Part shown: positions 59,919 to 64,000 of the stretch, piece by piece | How the letters are laid out: every line of letters begins with the position of its first letter | How positions within the stretch are numbered: position 1 is the first letter of the stretch | Assembly (NCBI RefSeq): GCF_018977255.1 | Contig: NW_024704749.1 | Coordinates: forward strand, 2,542,001 to 2,606,000 | DNA from: Callorhinchus milii | Taxonomy: Eukaryota | Length of the DNA stretch: 64,000 nt | Direction of reading: 5' to 3' | The notes under the pieces: generated by a model | What the model was told of the DNA's origin: nothing | Seen by the model: the letters and a program-made list of their open reading frames with translations, nothing else | Database searches by the model: none | Translations under genes and position numbers: made by a program

Positions 59919-60384
59919 CTAATAAAAAAAACAGATTCAGCTCGTGAGAGAAATTTTTCATTCACTTGCACAGTCACTTACAGCAATTAAATATTGCATT
60001 CTAGACTATTCAGGTGAAAGCATTAAATATGTTTAGATGGCTAATCCAAAGGCCGTTTCTGGTAGAGTTCTGAGACTCATTCTGCTTACAGATACCAGAT
60101 GTTAAAGCCATTATTGCACTTGTTTCTCCCTCTGAATTAAGCTTTTTTGTAGACACTTAGCTGCCACAAATGATAATGCTCCTCAAAGTCACACAGGCTA
60201 CATGTTAAATTGACTCTGAGGGTCAATCCCCATCAATTTCCTGCACAATATGTCGGGACACATTTGTACTTGCAAGACTTGTGACTGCTTAGTCTTTGGT
60301 TATGTTTCGATTTCTCCCCACAACTCTTCCAGTTTTTTCCTTTCCTGTCCTACTTATATTCTGGTATAATTCCACAAGTGTCAG

Positions 60385-60690
60385 GGTTTCCTTTGTACTT
60401 CACCAAATTGACCATTGTTCAAGTATAGGCGAACATAATAAGTGTTAACCATATAGAGGGCACCACAGCCTAGCCTATCCTGCGCTTGCTCAACACCCAC
60501 AAACATTCCACTTTCAGTGTTCATTGACTGGCTGATTGATTTCCACCGCCACCCACCCAAGCCTGGGACACTGAAGCCAAAGGAAGCACTCCAATCCATC
60601 AACCTAGCCGAGAACAGCTAACTCAGCACAGCCTGAGAATCAACCCAGGGACCTCCCCCTCTCTATATTTTCTATATTCAGTTTCACACT
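60385..60690 (-). mobile_element. ancient SINE resembling AmnSINE2
   Basis: The minus strand reads GAGGTCCCTGGG..CTGTGCTGAGTTAGCTG.TCTC.GC...GGATAGGCTAGGCTGTGGTGCCCTC...AATGG.CA.TTGG.GA.GTAC, matching my recollection of that consensus. Confidence 0.55.
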
Positions 60691-60699
60691 GACCAGTGA

Positions 60700-60995
60700 C
60701 CATATTGACCTGTCCGTTCCCTCAGCTCAGCAGCCTGCTCCATGTCACCCGCCTGGCCCGTCCCACCATCGGCTGTAGGGTCTTCAGCTTCTCTGCCCCC
60801 ACCCTTTGGAACTGCATCCCATATTCCCTTCACCTCGCTCCCTTCCTTACCTCCTTTAAGGCACGTCTCAAGACCCCTCCTCTTCGATCACCCTCCTACC
60901 CCTACCCTCCCTGATCCCCAACCCCAGGTCCAAATCCCAAGGGACGTCCTCCCGACGTGAAAGGCGCTGTGTACGTGTAATTTTGTATTGTATTT
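60700..60995 (+). mobile_element. L2 LINE 3' end
   Basis: Same L2 C-terminal motif and GGGACGTCCTCCCGACGTGAAAGGCGC tail. Confidence 0.75.
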
Positions 60996-61631
60996 ACATA
61001 TTATTTCAATCGCACAACATGAGGCCAAACAGATTAGTGGACAAATAAAACTAGACCAAATGTAAAGGTGACAGAAGGGAAATAATATTGCAATTTGAGC
61101 CACCTTCCCAACTAAAGTATATATAAGTTACACGGGTATTAATGAGTTGAGGAAGGGGTTGCAATGGACTTGTTGAGGGAGAGGAATAGGGAATCATTTG
61201 CGAAAGTCCTCAAAGTAGATCCGCCACAAAATTGATAATTGGAGAGAAATTAAAGGTCCTAATTTGCTCAGACTTAATCGTCCTTTATTGAACAACTCTG
61301 AAGCATTTCATTGCAACAGAATAATCCAGTTACACATAAAGAAGAGTTAGCCGCGGGGTCTGGGCGACACAATAAATTAAACCCAGTTATTTCAAAGTCT
61401 GGTTCCTGCATAAAAACCTGCCATGGACAGAGGAGACAAAGGGGACAAAGTACTCCTCTTACCTTCAGCACAAAACCTCAAGGATTCCATTGAAGGCGAA
61501 GGAAATATCACTAATCCAATAGGCATTCAGTACCATTCCTGAGCTAATGCAATGGAGGCGTTCTTCTGCATCTAATCATGTTGCCCCTAACCTATCAGGC
61601 TGAAATGAACTATTGCCGAACCCTAACATCC

Positions 61632-61952
61632 GAGTCCTGTAGCTCAGTGGTTAGAACACTCGCTTTGCAAGCGAGAGACCCGAGTTCAATTCCAGGCAGA
61701 GGGCGAAACCTTGGGCAAGCTTCCTTACTCCACACAGAGCCTAATAATAATCCCTCCAAAACCAAAAACAATAATAAATTGGTCATTTTCAATCCACGAC
61801 TGTTTGTGGGACATTGCTGTGCGCAATTGGCTGCCGCGTTCGCCCACAAACATACAGTCAATTCACTTTACAATGTGTTCTGTGAAGCGCTTTGGGAAGT
61901 CCTCCCGACGTGAAAAGCGCTATATCAAATGCAAGTAGTTATATTATTATTA
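61632..61952 (+). mobile_element. full-length SINE family A, short subtype
   Basis: Near-identical to 36341-36669. Confidence 0.92.
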
Positions 61953-62229
61953 TATAACTTCACCTACATATATATATTTATATATTTTTTAAAGTGAACA
62001 TGAGAAATGGAGTATGTGCAATTAACCCTTCAGGTAACTGTCCACCGTTTATTCCTCAGCAGGCTAAGGGCTCAGTAAGATCTTGCCATTATTGTTTAGA
62101 GGGGATCTGGGATCTGTTTCAATGGTCCAGCAAAATGGACACAATATTACGTGTTTAAACCTCTCAGAGACTAGAATGCTTGTTTGGTGAGGTTGCCTTA
62201 ATCACTTCGTGAACAAAGAAAAAAGTCCA

Positions 62230-63412
62230 TGATTTGTGATGTTCAGCTTTCTAAAGTTGAAAGTCAACAAGACTGAGGCTCTCCTGATTGGCTCCCGTCA
62301 GCGCCTCCACACCTCAGGCACTGACAGCATCACCATCCAATGCGCACTCCACCTCACTAAGCCAGTCCAGAACCTTGGGGTCTTGTTTGATCCTCAACTA
62401 TCCTTTCTACCGCTCATCCATGCCATGTCCTGATCTGCCTTCCCCCACCTCCGCAACATCGACTGGCTCCGCCACTGTCTCACACCGCAGGCTGCTGAGA
62501 CACTCATACATGCATTCATAACATCCAGGCTTGACTACGCAAACTCCCTGCTTATCACCCTTCCCAATTCCTCCCTCCACAGACCGCAGATCATCCAGAA
62601 CTGTGCAGCCCGTGTCCTCTCCCACACCAGGCTCCACGACCCTATCACCCATCCTTGCCTGACTCCATTGGCTTCCCATCACACAGAGGATACAGTTCAA
62701 GATCCTGGTTCTCACCTTCAAAGCCCTCCATGGCCTTGCTCCCCTCTCCCTCTGCAACCTAATCCCCTACAAACCTGCCTGCTCAGCGAGCTCTGGCCTG
62801 CTTCACGCCCCCCACCTCACCCGCCCCACCATTGGCAGGTAGTCCTTCTGCCATTCTGCCCCCACCCTCTGGAACTCCATCCCGCAGTCCCTCTGCCTCG
62901 CCCCCTCCCTTGCCTCCTTCAAGGCCCATGTGGAGTCCTGTAGCTCAGTGGTTAAGAGCACTCGCTTTGCAAGTGAGAGACCTGAGTTCAATTCCAGGCA
63001 GGGCAAAACCTTGGGCAAGTTTCCTTACTCCACACAGAGCCTAATAATAATCCCTCCAAAACAAAACAATAATAAATTGGTCATTTTCAATCTACGACTG
63101 TTTGTGGGACGTTGCTGTGCGCAATTGGCTGCCGTATTCGCCCACAAATATGCAGTCAATTCACTTTACAGTGTGTTCTGTGAAGCGCTTTGGGACGTCC
63201 TCCTGACGTGAAAAATGCTATATCAAAATGCAAGGATTATTATTATTATCTCAAGACCCTCCTCTTCGACCGTGCCTTCGGTCACCCTCCTGCCCCGCCT
63301 GCCCTCCACCCGCCCCAATCGCGAGCTCGCGTCCAAAACACTGATTGTCCAGCGCTTTGGGACATCCTCCCGACACGAAAGGCGCTATACAAATGTAATT
63401 TTGTTGTTGTAG
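62230..63412 (+). mobile_element. L2 LINE 3' about 850 bp, interrupted by a SINE at 62932-63248
   Basis: FLKLKVNKTEALLIGS..., SRLDYANSLL..., L2 tail at 63350-63412; the SINE splits the AAGGCC..TCTCAAGACC motif. Confidence 0.85.
62932..63248 (+). mobile_element. full-length SINE family A, short subtype
   Basis: Near-identical to 36341-36669; nested in an L2. Confidence 0.92.
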
Positions 63413-64000
63413 ATCCACCCATTTCTATTGTAGAAGAGTTAAAAGACGGAATCTCACCATCAGCTAATCATTGTTCATTCCAGGCAGCATAGATGCCTTG
63501 CGTAGTAGCTCCAGTCTGCCATTCACTGGAGCAGCTGCAAGTCATTTGCCCACAGGATAAGGGACAATGCATGAGTAAGATCAATGGTAGAGTGGTTTCG
63601 GCAGTCAGACCTTCAGCTTGTCCACCTTTTGGAACTCCATCTCACATTGCCTTCACCTCCCTCCCTTCCTTGCCTCAAGACCCTCCTCTGCAACCGTGCC
63701 TTTGGCCACCCTCATAACCTCCTTGCCCACCTCCCCACCCCGCTCTATACAAATGTAATTTTGTATTGTATTTTATCCAGGCAAAGGATAGTGAAACAGT
63801 GGGCATGGCATTGTAAATCTGAAACTCTTGTCCCGCTGAAGAAAGCTCTGCATCGGTTATATACTGCCAGAAATGGTAAACCCCAATCTACTACTCTGAA
63901 GCAGCGCAACATTATCCTGATGGGCACAACACAATGAATTTGCACATTCGCTGGTTCAGAAATCTGTCAAACGAGGAATATGAACCCTTAATTTTATCTC

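Noticed and set aside
61540-61585. HIRA B-domain exon (RRRITPLCIAQL)
   Set aside because: Only superficial similarity, with an in-frame stop and no acceptor. The real exon probably lies beyond the window.
1651-63412. Recurrent ORFs such as [10 protein letters not shown].., [19 protein letters not shown] and [11 protein letters not shown]..
   Set aside because: They are chance translations of the SINE consensus, not a protein family.

Overview
Vertebrate genomic DNA, most likely from a cartilaginous fish. This is inferred from a germline-joined lambda-type Ig light chain and shark/chimaera-type SINE, L2 and CR1 repeats. Three gene-level units are present. (1) An intact 3-exon hes5-like bHLH-Orange-WRPW gene on the minus strand (7734-8495, 171 aa) sits within about 12 kb unusually rich in RBPJ/CSL motifs. 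(2) A decayed Ig lambda-type light-chain cluster on the plus strand (about 22995-26110) has an octamer, leader, V already fused to J, and the 3' half of C. (3) Twelve 3' coding exons of HIRA lie on the minus strand (59918 down to 39121); every junction is GT-AG and phase-consistent, and the 5' part of the gene is beyond the window. The rest is repeat-rich: two tRNA-SINE families sharing an L2-type tail, many L2 and CR1 fragments, a decayed L1/Tx1 element, Penelope-type termini with minimal hammerhead motifs, several MITE-like elements, and an inverted duplicate of one HIRA exon placed just past the HIRA 3' end. All calls were made by eye. Repeat family names rest on recalled consensus sequences, repeat boundaries are approximate, and no database search was run.
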